Positions 30,014 to 39,575 are shown, counted from the stretch's first letter. The stretch is DNA of 64,000 nucleotides from a bacterium (GCA_030426125.1 JAUHZB010000001.1:26462-90461); one strand, 5' to 3'. The notes: generated by a model not told the origin, from the sequence alone. Numbers and translations are program-made.

Positions 30014-31597
30014 GTGAATAGTCTCAAACAACCAGAGTGTCTGAACGAATTAATACCTGAAATACCCGCACCAAACGAAGATCACAGTCGACTAGAAACA
30101 ACAACTAGACTACTAAAGACAATTGGCCGCGGCACAGTAGCCCTATTTATTGGCATTGCTGGAGCTAGCTTGGTTGGTGATACAACCGTTGAAACTGAGC
30201 ACCTAGAAGCACAAATTAGTACTGAAGTTACTAGCAATTTCTCTGGAGATTCTAGCATTAACACTCCTGGATTTAATGTAGATTATCCAACTCATAGTGG
30301 ACCTCTAGGTTTAGAGCTCACAGTCGAAGACTTATACATGGATAAGGTAATCTCAACTCTAGCTGACGGGGCAGACGACAACCCAGAAAAGACAGCCAGC
30401 CCATCAAGCGCTATTGAAGAGGAGGGCCAACAAATAAAGCAGGCTGCATCTGAGCATAGCATTAAGTACTTGTCACTTCTAGGAGTGTTTACAGCCGCTG
30501 GCTACATTGCTACTTCCAAGCGTGGTCGACTAATGTCAAAAGATAAAATATTGCAAGGCGTATTGGCAGGTGGTCTAGCAGTAAGCATTCCACTTGGCAT
30601 CGGTTTTACTACTTGGGATTCAGACGCCTTTGACAAACCAACTTACTCTGGCAATCTAGCCACCGCATTTAAAAATGCCGACATTATTAACGAACTCGAT
30701 GAACATGATGAGAGAATATCTGAACAAGCCCAGTATTTAATCAAACTAGTTGAGACCATCGAACAACAGAACTCTAATCCCAGCGAAGACATTGCGGTTA
30801 GGGGTTTAGTGGTTAGTGATATTCACCAACGCAATCCCTATCCAATCGTTAAACAAATAATAGACAACTACGACGCCTCATTTGTGATCGACAGTGGCGA
30901 TATTGTTGATTGGGGTAGCCCATTTGAAAACGGTTTTTTCTTAGGAACACCGACCTCCATATTAAGAGAGAACAAAGTCGGAATACCAGATTTAGGAGTG
31001 CCATACTATTTCGCTGCCGGAAACCACGATAGCCCCCAAAGAACAGTCTTACCCCTTAGTCGACTAGCTAATGTTCGAATTCTTGAGCTTGGGGATTCCT
31101 TCCAACAAAACGGCTTAGTAATAACTGGTGCTAAAGATCCAGTATTTACACCCTCCTCAAGTCTGAGTAAAGATGAGCGTAGACAAGCCCAGATTGAAAC
31201 TGGAACCGCCCTCCAACAACAGCTAAAGGAAAATCCAGCAGATATCGCGGTAGTCCATAATCCAACCGCTGGGGAACAAATCACGGAAGGCACACAACTA
31301 AGAATTAGTGGCGATACTCATGAATTTAAGTACTTAGACCCCTTACCGATAAACCATCCTGCTTATCTAAACACTGCCTCTAGCGGTGGCGTTGGTTTAC
31401 GTAATTTTAATAACCCGCTTGGTGAGGAGACACCACAGACTTTTACACTAATTAACTTTGGGTCTAACTGCAGGTTAGTCTCAATAGATAAAATAACCAT
31501 AACTTCGCTAGAAGATGATCCTGAATTCAACGTCCGCCACATCCCAGTAAACGGAAGTGTTGACCCCGGGCTTTACGAAGGTCGTAGTTGCCAATAA
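30014..31597 (+). CDS. membrane-anchored calcineurin-like metallophosphoesterase
   Basis: VVSDIHQ, DSGDIVDWG, AAGNHD metallophosphoesterase motifs; N-terminal TM helix. Confidence 0.6.
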   Translation: MNSLKQPECLNELIPEIPAPNEDHSRLETTTRLLKTIGRGTVALFIGIAGASLVGDTTVETEHLEAQISTEVTSNFSGDSSINTPGFNVDYPTHSGPLGLELTVEDLYMDKVISTLADGADDNPEKTASPSSAIEEEGQQIKQAASEHSIKYLSLLGVFTAAGYIATSKRGRLMSKDKILQGVLAGGLAVSIPLGIGFTTWDSDAFDKPTYSGNLATAFKNADIINELDEHDERISEQAQYLIKLVETIEQQNSNPSEDIAVRGLVVSDIHQRNPYPIVKQIIDNYDASFVIDSGDIVDWGSPFENGFFLGTPTSILRENKVGIPDLGVPYYFAAGNHDSPQRTVLPLSRLANVRILELGDSFQQNGLVITGAKDPVFTPSSSLSKDERRQAQIETGTALQQQLKENPADIAVVHNPTAGEQITEGTQLRISGDTHEFKYLDPLPINHPAYLNTASSGGVGLRNFNNPLGEETPQTFTLINFGSNCRLVSIDKITITSLEDDPEFNVRHIPVNGSVDPGLYEGRSCQ

Positions 31598-31684
31598 CTG
31601 TGACTGCACCTAGTAATATCTCCACTTTTTGAATTATTAGCTTAACTGGATTAGTATAGAAGCAGTAATAAACTGAAGTAAAAA

Positions 31685-33154
31685 ATGGCAAAAACTAAAT
31701 CCAAAATAGAATCCGACGATCAACAGCCAGTCGGAGAGGGAACAACCAAACAGAGTATAATTCGTAGGCTCGTCGGACACCACAACGCCCACTGGTGGCT
31801 ACTTACCATAACTAGCCTTATCCTATTTCTACTACTAACCACTTGGTTGGTTGGCTCTCTAAACTACAAACAAACAGTTGTCGGAAATAGCCGTTTAGCC
31901 CATGGGCAACTAGATTCTCAACTTCAAACTACACTTAGCGGTGAAATAGAGGAATACAGATTACAAATAGCGTCCTTGAAAGAAGAGGAAGAAATAAAAT
32001 CCTACAAGTTATCCGAACTAGGGATTGAAATTGATGAATCCGCCACCGTTAACAGCACCAAAAACAATTCTAATTATTGGCGTAATAGATTGCTTTGGTG
32101 GAAGCCACTAAAGGCCGACATTTCACTAAAGATAGATAAAAACAAACTAATTAACTTTGTTAACGATAATACTAGATCAATATCTAAACCCGTAAAAAAT
32201 GCTAGTCTGAGCGTCGGACCAGAAGGAGAAATTGTAGTAACAGCCGAATCTACGGGTGCTGAAAAATCACTTGGCAATGGTCAGCTAGTCATAACCCAGG
32301 CTGTAAAAAGCTTGGATAGTAGCGTACTCGAACCTAGCGAAAGGGAGGTTAAACCAACAATTACCACAGAGTCTATTAGCGATAGTCGGCAACAGCTAGA
32401 AAAACTGCTAGCAAAACCAGTAATATTTAAGGTAGCTGAAAATACTATAAAACCAAGCGCTCACGACATTGCTTCTTGGCTGAATATAACTCCTGATGAA
32501 GACACAAAGTCATATAAAATATCAGTTGAAAAAACTAAACTGTCTGACTATATAAATGGTCAAGTAGCTAGATTTATCACTAGACCGGTTAATCAAGTAG
32601 AAGTAGTACTGCCTAGTGGCCAAAAGAGTATTTTAGTAACTGGGAAAAACGGCAGTGATGTAACCAATATCGATGAGGTGATCGCTTCAGTTCAAGAACG
32701 ACTCATGAAAGATAAATCTCTGTCATTAGAACTAACTGTCGCCTACACACCCTTCAAAACTATTAGTGCACCGGCTGGTAATAAGCTAATTGAAGTAGAT
32801 ACCACCAATAAAGTAATGTACGCCTATGAGAATAAAGTATTACTCAGAACAATGTATATATCAGCTGGAGCAGCAGCTACCCCAACAGTAACTGGAACAT
32901 TTTCAATTTATTCCAAACTACCATCACAAAATATGTCGGGCTTTAACGCCGATGGCTCTACCTATTACCAACCAAATGTACCTTATGTTAATTACTTCTA
33001 CCGTGACTACGCCATCCATGGTAACTACTGGAGACCAACTAGCTATTTTGGTAGCGTTAATAGTTCACACGGCTGCGTTGGTATCCTAGATGCTGATGCA
33101 AAATGGATATACGACTGGGCACCTATTGGGACTCCGGTGGTAGTCCATAATTAG
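31685..33154 (+). CDS. L,D-transpeptidase (YkuD-domain) protein with N-terminal TM anchor and large extracytoplasmic region
   Basis: C-terminal catalytic domain with ...HGNYW... and SHGCVG (catalytic Cys) motifs. Confidence 0.7.
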   Translation: MAKTKSKIESDDQQPVGEGTTKQSIIRRLVGHHNAHWWLLTITSLILFLLLTTWLVGSLNYKQTVVGNSRLAHGQLDSQLQTTLSGEIEEYRLQIASLKEEEEIKSYKLSELGIEIDESATVNSTKNNSNYWRNRLLWWKPLKADISLKIDKNKLINFVNDNTRSISKPVKNASLSVGPEGEIVVTAESTGAEKSLGNGQLVITQAVKSLDSSVLEPSEREVKPTITTESISDSRQQLEKLLAKPVIFKVAENTIKPSAHDIASWLNITPDEDTKSYKISVEKTKLSDYINGQVARFITRPVNQVEVVLPSGQKSILVTGKNGSDVTNIDEVIASVQERLMKDKSLSLELTVAYTPFKTISAPAGNKLIEVDTTNKVMYAYENKVLLRTMYISAGAAATPTVTGTFSIYSKLPSQNMSGFNADGSTYYQPNVPYVNYFYRDYAIHGNYWRPTSYFGSVNSSHGCVGILDADAKWIYDWAPIGTPVVVHN

Positions 33155-34574
33155 AATCTAAAGGGTGAACAGCTTTAAGCTCATCACCAACCCTAACTGA
33201 ATTCCAGTCAATAAAATACCCTTCAGCTTTGCCTAAAATACTATCTCCTCTAACTTTCGCTCTCGTATCTTGCGGCGGTGTTACTATACGGTGATTTTTA
33301 TCAGTATCACTGTTTGGCATAGTGAACCCATCCCAACCGACATTCTTCACATTACGAAGTGTCTCAGCAACCCCACCTTGAAGCATATCCCAGTAGTAGT
33401 CGTACCGGCATATTTTTTCAGAATCTATGCCGTAGCCACTAGCCTCCATCTTTCGCTCAAGTGCCATTTTTCGAGCTATTGATTCCACTTGAGTTGCCAC
33501 CGACGTCTCGTCTCTAACCATTCTATCGATTACATCAATTATTTCAGGTATAACCTGCTTCTCTTCGTCATCAAGAAAATCGTACAAACTATCCGACTCA
33601 AGAATATCGTAACAAATCGCCGATAACTGTTCCGCAGGTGTTAAGGCTAAATTTTCGTTATCTCTATTATAAGCATCTAATAATGTGTTATTCCCATGTC
33701 GTCCAACCAACTGTGCTTGCATCTCAGGAGTATGCAAAACCGGAAAATTGTAATCACCATCCCGCTCTAAAAGTCCAATAAATGCATTGGTTAGAACCAT
33801 ACTTGCTCGCATCGGCCAGGCAAAATTTAGTGCATCTGCAGTTATTGTCTCAACTCTGGTATACTGGCCATCATCTTTCCCAATATCTCTAACTAAAGCT
33901 TTTTTTGCATGTCCATCTGAATTCAACATAGATGAAACAGATAAGCGCGGAGAGTGATGGTATTCGGTCTCACCTTCCGAATTTATTAACAAACCCCCTG
34001 AGCCGAATATAGCTCCTTTTGCAACATTCAGAGTCGCGAGAAGTAGCGTGGTTTCAACTAACCTCCCATCATAGACTATACTTTTATCCGCATTGTTATT
34101 TAAATGAATACCTCTCGTTTGTCGATTATGATCAACGATTCTTCTATTGACTTGGTAACCCCTGATAACTTCTGAGCGTCTTAAACCCTCCAGAAGGCTT
34201 AACATAATAGTATCCCCGTCAAAACACCTCAAGACCGCTTCTTCGGCTGTCCTGGTCTCGGGAGTACAGTACTCTAAGCCACTTTCGTCTGTATATAGCC
34301 TTCCTCCATTGGATAATAAACTGTACCTATCACTACGCACGAGACCAATTCGCGCGAGTTCATTGTTTATCTCTTGGTTAGTCAGGCTACCACTACCGCT
34401 AAAATTAGCTGTACTTCGTAGTGAATCACCAGCAAATCCATCAACTGAATGGCACTCACCCACCAACTCGTAATATTCATCCTGACTTGGGTCTGAAGTG
34501 ATAGGAAAACCGATTAGACAATTATACTCTGTCTCTATCCCATAGACGTTGGGGGATCTATAAATTTCATGCAT
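33123..34574 (-). CDS. Pup-ligase family protein (PafA/Dop homolog, carboxylate-amine ligase fold)
   Basis: N-terminal NVYGIETEYN (cf. PafA IMGIETEFG), SNGGRLYTDESGLEYCTPE (cf. [20 protein letters not shown]), C-terminal TPPQDTRAKVRGDSI (cf. PPQTTRARLRGEFI); 483 aa. Confidence 0.7.
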   Translation of the reverse strand: MHEIYRSPNVYGIETEYNCLIGFPITSDPSQDEYYELVGECHSVDGFAGDSLRSTANFSGSGSLTNQEINNELARIGLVRSDRYSLLSNGGRLYTDESGLEYCTPETRTAEEAVLRCFDGDTIMLSLLEGLRRSEVIRGYQVNRRIVDHNRQTRGIHLNNNADKSIVYDGRLVETTLLLATLNVAKGAIFGSGGLLINSEGETEYHHSPRLSVSSMLNSDGHAKKALVRDIGKDDGQYTRVETITADALNFAWPMRASMVLTNAFIGLLERDGDYNFPVLHTPEMQAQLVGRHGNNTLLDAYNRDNENLALTPAEQLSAICYDILESDSLYDFLDDEEKQVIPEIIDVIDRMVRDETSVATQVESIARKMALERKMEASGYGIDSEKICRYDYYWDMLQGGVAETLRNVKNVGWDGFTMPNSDTDKNHRIVTPPQDTRAKVRGDSILGKAEGYFIDWNSVRVGDELKAVHPLDSNYGLPPESQ

Positions 34575-34622
34575 AGCTATAATAGTGCTTCAAACAGGGG
34601 TAACATGCAAGCATGAGCAAGA

Positions 34623-34712
34623 TTGGCGGAGAGGAAGGGATTCGAACCCTCGATACTGTTGCCAGCATACTGCTTTTCGAGAGCAGCTCCTTCAACCACT
34701 CGGACACCTCTC
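34623..34712 (-). tRNA. tRNA-Ser (anticodon CGA), 90 nt with long variable arm, CCA encoded
   Basis: Reverse complement GGAGAGGTGTCCGAGTGGTTGAAGGAGCTGCTCTCGAAAAGCAGT...GGTTCGAATCCCTTCCTCTCCGCCA; anticodon loop CUCGAAA. Confidence 0.85.
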
Positions 34713-34740
34713 CATATTTACTGTAACAGATGCCTGGGTG

Positions 34741-35217
34741 TTATTTCTTGCGTTTATATATCGTAAATCTATAGTTTATAGAATTGTCGGTTTTAGTTTC
34801 CGTTTGGCTAGCTAGTTCAAAATCTTCGCTATAATCCGGGAAAAACTTAGTGCAATTAAAATCACCCTCGATTTTAGTAATATACAGCTCATCAGCATTG
34901 TCTAGCAGTGAGTCGAACAAACCGGCTCCACCAATTACCCAAATATCTTTAGTCTGATCAAATTCGTCCAAGAACTTAGCTGGGTGAGTTACCGCCGTAA
35001 AACCTTCCTTAAGTAGCTTATCTGTTCTAGTGGCCACATAGTTTGCTTTATCGTTCATTGGCGAATCATGCTCAATGTAGGTGTTGTAACCCATTAATAT
35101 TGGGGCTGTTTTTATCTTTTCCCGGTAATACCTTTTGTCTTCCGGTAAATTCCAGGGGATGCCTTTATCATCTGCCAGGCCACGTTTACTATCAATAGCT
35201 ACTATAAATCTAATCAT
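34741..35217 (-). CDS. folA: dihydrofolate reductase (DHFR-like)
   Basis: 158 aa; IVAIDSKRGLADDKGIPWNLPEDKRYYREKI...ILMGYNTY resembles DHFR N-terminal substrate/NADPH region. Confidence 0.65.
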   Translation of the reverse strand: MIRFIVAIDSKRGLADDKGIPWNLPEDKRYYREKIKTAPILMGYNTYIEHDSPMNDKANYVATRTDKLLKEGFTAVTHPAKFLDEFDQTKDIWVIGGAGLFDSLLDNADELYITKIEGDFNCTKFFPDYSEDFELASQTETKTDNSINYRFTIYKRKK

Positions 35218-35285
35218 GAATATATTTTAACAGTTTAAACAAAGAGAACAGACAACGCTTTAAATAAATCCTGTATAGTAAGCTC

Positions 35286-35936
35286 ATGTTATCCATTGCT
35301 AAGCCACAAATTCCTAATGACCTAAATACCGTTACCAAGCCTGAAAACGAATTAAAGACTGAAGTAAGTATAGTAGAAGCAACCTTAGAAAACACCGACG
35401 CTTCCAATAAGATCATTACTAACCTGGGTGTTAAAGAATCACGCCTTATTAAAATTAACTTCGCTAACTCTAAGCTGCATAAACTAGACTTTTTAGACAT
35501 TGAGCTCAGCAACAGTCAATTTACCGCTAGTAATTGTAGCGAAGCCTCCTGGCAACGAGTTAAACTTAGCAATATCCAAGGTAGTGGTTTATTACTACAT
35601 GAAAGTACCTTAAAAGATATCGTATTTGAAAACTGTAAATTAGACTTCGCTAACTTTAGATACGCTAAGCTAAAAAACGTTAAGTTCATAGACTGCAACC
35701 TCATTGAAGCAGACTTCTATATGGCCCAATTAAACAATGTGTCTTTTTCAAATTGCGAAATTGAAAAGGTTGAATTCTCCGGAGTTAAAGCCAGTAAAAT
35801 AGATTTACGAACTTCAACCCTAAGTCAGCTAAAAGGTATTGATGGACTTCATGGAGCAAAAATTGATTCCATACAACTTGTCTCCCTAGCCCCTCAGCTA
35901 GCCCATAATGTTGGCCTAATTATAGAAGACTCTTAG
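35286..35936 (+). CDS. pentapeptide-repeat protein (Qnr/McbG-sized, 216 aa)
   Basis: Tandem A(D/N)LxX-type pentapeptides e.g. ANFRYAKLKNVKFIDCNLIEADFYMAQLNNVSFSNCEIEKVEFSG. Confidence 0.7.
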   Translation: MLSIAKPQIPNDLNTVTKPENELKTEVSIVEATLENTDASNKIITNLGVKESRLIKINFANSKLHKLDFLDIELSNSQFTASNCSEASWQRVKLSNIQGSGLLLHESTLKDIVFENCKLDFANFRYAKLKNVKFIDCNLIEADFYMAQLNNVSFSNCEIEKVEFSGVKASKIDLRTSTLSQLKGIDGLHGAKIDSIQLVSLAPQLAHNVGLIIEDS

Positions 35937-36138
35937 ATTTATAAAGAAAGACCCTAACATATTATTCAGGGAATTATTCACAGGTTTGCTATTATATAAG
36001 CAGGCTATCAAACTACGGTCCCTGTGCGCCTACAATCATATACAAGTTACTTCCTGTAACGGCTAACTGGCGAACGGCCAGAGCACCTAACAGGCAGTAA
36101 AAACCATAAAATCCGTTCGACTGTTATTAACCTTTTGT

Positions 36139-36441
36139 ATGCTATGGAGCTTGTATATGGATCCAACCATTGTCTTGAATGAAGCCGTCGATGTTATTGC
36201 CCTCTACAAAAAAGAGGCTAGTTTAGAGACTCTAGCTTTTCCCTGCAAAATGAAATACCAGGGCAGGGAGATCACTTTTACCAAGCTTGGCATGCGACAC
36301 CCTACCGCTCAGGGCAAGCGGATGATTCACGTTTTTGACGTAACTGATGGTAGTAATGACTATCGTCTAGAATTTAATGCTGAAACTCTGCGCTGGACTT
36401 TAGTAGCCATAATACCAGGAGGCGCGTCACGTGAGCTATAA
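36139..36441 (+). CDS. hypothetical small protein overlapping (11 nt) the start of the Y-family polymerase gene; possible accessory subunit
   Basis: 100 aa ORF translationally coupled to dinB-like gene; no motif recognised. Confidence 0.4.
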   Translation: MLWSLYMDPTIVLNEAVDVIALYKKEASLETLAFPCKMKYQGREITFTKLGMRHPTAQGKRMIHVFDVTDGSNDYRLEFNAETLRWTLVAIIPGGASREL

Positions 36442-37687
36442 CCTAAACAAAGCCAAACCAGAAATAATGTGGATTGATCTAAACAGCGCTTTTGCTACTG
36501 CCGAACAACAAGCTCATCACTCACTACGCGGAAAACCGATGGGAGTGACTAATAGACTATCTAAAGAATGCTGCGTTATTGCTGCCTCCTACGAAGCTAA
36601 AGCTCTAGGTATTAAAGTTGGCTGTCGCCGAACTGAAGCCCTGGCCCTTTGCCCAGATTTTATACTGCTAGAAAGCGATCCACCTAAGTACCATACTGTT
36701 TACCAGAAGTTACTTAGCATCATGAAAGACTACTCTCCTAACGTAAAAATGAAGAGCATTGATGAGGGAATTATAGATTTTCAAAACAGCAGGTCACTTA
36801 CAAAAGGTAGGTCCTTAAGCGACATTGGAAGGGAAATCAAACAAAGGGTAAGAACCGAAATAGGTGACTACACTAAAATAAATATCGGTATTGCTCCTAA
36901 CCGTTTTCTAGCCAAAACTGCTGCCGGACTTAATAAGCCCGATGGACTAGATGTCATAGATCACCATAGTCTAATTGATGTTTATGGTTCACTAGAACTA
37001 GAAGACCTCAACGGTATAGCTGAGGGTTACGGCAGTAGACTAAGAGCCCATAATATATCTACGCCGATAGAATTCTTGGGAGCTTCCGAACAACTACTAA
37101 CCAAAAGGGTGTTTAAAAGTATTAACGGGCGACATTGGTATAACCGACTCAGAGGCTTTGAAGTAGATGACTACCAAACTAATCTAGGAATGGTTGGTAG
37201 GCAATGGGTAGTCAAAAAGCCAACTAGTGACGAAGATTACCTAAGATCTTGTCTACACTTTCTAAGCGAGACAACAGCCATGAAACTGCGCTACCGTAAC
37301 GTTGAAGCCAGAGGTGTTTGCGTTTGGTTGGCTTTTAATAACGGTGAATTTTTTACAGATAAGAAAATGTATAAAACAAATTGCTACACCAACCAAGACA
37401 TCTGGCTACGAGTATCTAGACTATTCAATAATCGCCCTAAGCATCTAATAGTTAGAACTATGGGGCTATACTTGTATAAACTAACGCCTTCCAGTCGCAA
37501 CCAACAAAGCCTGTTTAGCGAAGTACAGAAGGCCGACTTTTTAACTAAAGCGATGGATGAAATAAACGACTACTACGGTACTTTCACTGTATATTCAGCT
37601 GACACACTGGAAGGAACTAAAAACGTAAAACAAAAAATACCTTTCGGTGGCACTGAATACTTCAACTTACTATTAAAACGAGCCTAG
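36431..37687 (+). CDS. dinB: Y-family DNA polymerase (Pol IV / DinB-UmuC type)
   Basis: MWIDLNSAFATAEQQAHHSLRGKPMGV matches the Y-family N-terminal catalytic motif (DxDxFFAxVE...RGKPxxV); 418 aa. Confidence 0.8.
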   Translation: MSYNLNKAKPEIMWIDLNSAFATAEQQAHHSLRGKPMGVTNRLSKECCVIAASYEAKALGIKVGCRRTEALALCPDFILLESDPPKYHTVYQKLLSIMKDYSPNVKMKSIDEGIIDFQNSRSLTKGRSLSDIGREIKQRVRTEIGDYTKINIGIAPNRFLAKTAAGLNKPDGLDVIDHHSLIDVYGSLELEDLNGIAEGYGSRLRAHNISTPIEFLGASEQLLTKRVFKSINGRHWYNRLRGFEVDDYQTNLGMVGRQWVVKKPTSDEDYLRSCLHFLSETTAMKLRYRNVEARGVCVWLAFNNGEFFTDKKMYKTNCYTNQDIWLRVSRLFNNRPKHLIVRTMGLYLYKLTPSSRNQQSLFSEVQKADFLTKAMDEINDYYGTFTVYSADTLEGTKNVKQKIPFGGTEYFNLLLKRA

Positions 37688-37704
37688 GTGTTATAGTAAA
37701 CAAT

Positions 37705-38271
37705 GTGAAAAGTCTAATATTCTGTACCGGAAATAATATGAAGTTTAATACTGCAAAGGATGTTTGCAGTAAAAGGAATATTGAACTAGTCCAAAAAAAC
37801 ATAGATATTACTGAGATACAAGAAGAAGATGCCAAGAAAGTAGCAATAGATAAAGCCAATAAAGCCTACGATATCATACAAAAACCAGTAGTAATAACCG
37901 ATGATTCATGGGGATTCACGGGCTTAAATGGCTTCCCCGGCGTCTATATGCACTCCGTTAATGAATGGTTTAGTGCTGAAGATTTTCTAAGACTAACCTT
38001 GCCTCTAAAAAACAGGGAGGTAATATTTACCCAACACCTGATATACAGCGACGGCCAACAACAAAAAGTCTTCAAACGAACGAGCAAGGGAACTCTTTTA
38101 AAAGAAATTCGAGGTGAATCTTCACACCCCTGCTTGACTATAATTTCCCTAGATAGGGAAAGCGGCAAAAGTATAGCTGAAAGTTATGATCCTAAAAAGG
38201 ATAAGTCTGGTCGGATAGCAGCTAATATCTGGAGGGAATTTCTGGATTGGTATCAAGACGTTGCAACATAA
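37705..38271 (+). CDS. Ham1/RdgB-like non-canonical purine NTP pyrophosphatase, divergent paralog
   Basis: IFCTGNNMKFNTAK...KPVVITDDSWGFTGLNGFPGVYMHS parallels RdgB (ATGNxGK...DDSGLxVDALNGAPGVYSAR) but lacks clear SHR motif. Confidence 0.55.
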   Translation: MKSLIFCTGNNMKFNTAKDVCSKRNIELVQKNIDITEIQEEDAKKVAIDKANKAYDIIQKPVVITDDSWGFTGLNGFPGVYMHSVNEWFSAEDFLRLTLPLKNREVIFTQHLIYSDGQQQKVFKRTSKGTLLKEIRGESSHPCLTIISLDRESGKSIAESYDPKKDKSGRIAANIWREFLDWYQDVAT

Positions 38272-38275
38272 GATG

Positions 38276-38476
38276 CTAGTTTTCGCCGAGGATAATCTTA
38301 TCTGAAATATCTAAGGTATTATCATCTTCTAAGGCAGCAGATTGGTCTGCTCCTTCAGGTGAAGCAGGTTCACCATGTTCAGTACCACTAACCGGTCCAT
38401 CATCTAACGGAGCTGGAAGATCATATTCTAATCCTGATTCCGGATGATCTGCTGTATTCATGGCTCCATTAAACAC
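38276..38476 (-). CDS. small acidic intrinsically-disordered-type protein (61-66 aa), hypothetical
   Basis: ORF track (GTG start; first ATG at codon 6); D/E-rich, ends ...LEDDNTLDISDKIILGEN. Confidence 0.25.
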   Translation of the reverse strand: MFNGAMNTADHPESGLEYDLPAPLDDGPVSGTEHGEPASPEGADQSAALEDDNTLDISDKIILGEN

Positions 38477-38542
38477 CTTTGATAATGATATTGCAAGGTA
38501 CGCAAGTATTTCATTGACGATTTTAAATTTTTATACTATAAT

Positions 38543-39382
38543 TTGCACATTATGTCAGAGGTTTCAGTCGGAGCTTGGAACGCTCAAAATTCATTTGGTG
38601 ATCAACGCGTTAGTGATGCTCTTGAAGTTGTCAAAGAAATGGATAGCGACGTCCTCTATCTTAGTGAAACGACTACAACTACTGGAGCTAATACAGAGTA
38701 TTTCGCTGAAGCAAGCTGTGAACTAGAAAGTTTAGGCTACAGACACCAGCTAATAACAAATTATGGGGCTAGGCCGGAAACTAGAGATGAACACACAATG
38801 TCGCTTTGGAGTAGAGTTGGTGGTGATGACTCTATATCCCGCCAAACCCTCGGATCAAGATATGGCACTAAACTTTCCCTAGACAGCTTAGGAGTGGACA
38901 TTTACGGTGTTCATTTCGATGATGCTAGTACAGCTAGTCGTCTAGAATCAGCTGACATCTTACTAGGTAACGTTTCTTCAAGTCAGCATGAAGCAGTAGT
39001 TATGGGGGATCTTAACTCCATGAATCGAGCAGACCCTAAGTCATTTCTACCCAGAGCACTCGGCTTAGCTGTGGCCAGATTCGAGCCCAAAGACTTCTAC
39101 AATGACGAAAATAAAGTTCAGCGATTTGTCGGAAAAGTAGTCAGAGTCTGTCGTATGGCTGGCGGGCAAACCGTTCAACGTTTATTAGATGCTGGCTTTA
39201 TGGAAGCTGATGACTCTTTTCAGGACACTATCTCTGTGGGTCGAATAGCTTTCCAGATTGATCACATCCTAACCACTGCAAGGTTAGAGGTTAGTGATTT
39301 TGCTAGACACGATCAAACAAGACTAGGACGTCGAACTGCCGTTTCTGATCATCACCCAATATCCGCAACTGTACGCAGATAG
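38543..39382 (+). CDS. endonuclease/exonuclease/phosphatase (EEP) family protein
   Basis: LYLSETT, GDLNSM, C-terminal SDHHPISATV motifs typical of EEP (DNase I-like) fold. Confidence 0.7.
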   Translation: MHIMSEVSVGAWNAQNSFGDQRVSDALEVVKEMDSDVLYLSETTTTTGANTEYFAEASCELESLGYRHQLITNYGARPETRDEHTMSLWSRVGGDDSISRQTLGSRYGTKLSLDSLGVDIYGVHFDDASTASRLESADILLGNVSSSQHEAVVMGDLNSMNRADPKSFLPRALGLAVARFEPKDFYNDENKVQRFVGKVVRVCRMAGGQTVQRLLDAGFMEADDSFQDTISVGRIAFQIDHILTTARLEVSDFARHDQTRLGRRTAVSDHHPISATVRR

Positions 39383-39389
39383 CATTCTC

Positions 39390-39418
39390 TTGCATACATT
39401 AGCTTTTTATACTATTAT
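39390..39418 (+). promoter_or_regulatory. sigma70-like promoter TTGCAT-N17-TATTAT
   Basis: TTGCAT at 39390-39395, 17-nt spacer, TATTAT at 39413-39418. Confidence 0.45.
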
Positions 39419-39532
39419 ATAGCAATGCTAATTCAGTTTATTGCAATTAACCAGACCAATACTGTTCGCCGAAGCCACCGTATTCACGGGGGTTGTTCTT
39501 GAATTTGTAAATAAATATTAGTAAGCCTTAAC

Positions 39533-39560
39533 AGCCCCTGACAACCCAGGGGCTTTTTAT
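39533..39560 (+). terminator. intrinsic terminator-like hairpin 16 nt upstream of racemase start codon
   Basis: AGCCCCTG-acaaccc-CAGGGGCT followed by TTTTT. Confidence 0.6.
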
Positions 39561-39575
39561 ATTTAAGGAATACTC

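Noticed and set aside
34585-34815. 76-aa + strand ORF
   Set aside because: Overlaps the minus-strand tRNA-Ser(CGA) gene; translation is tRNA-derived nonsense.
35210-35512. 100-aa minus-strand ORF overlapping start of pentapeptide-repeat gene
   Set aside because: Antisense overlap with a clear pentapeptide-repeat CDS; no supporting features.
35937-36138. SOS/LexA (Cheo box GAAC-N4-GTTC or CTGT-N8-ACAG) upstream of the dinB-like cassette
   Set aside because: Only partial half-sites (CGAACGG, CCGTTCG) found; no full palindrome.
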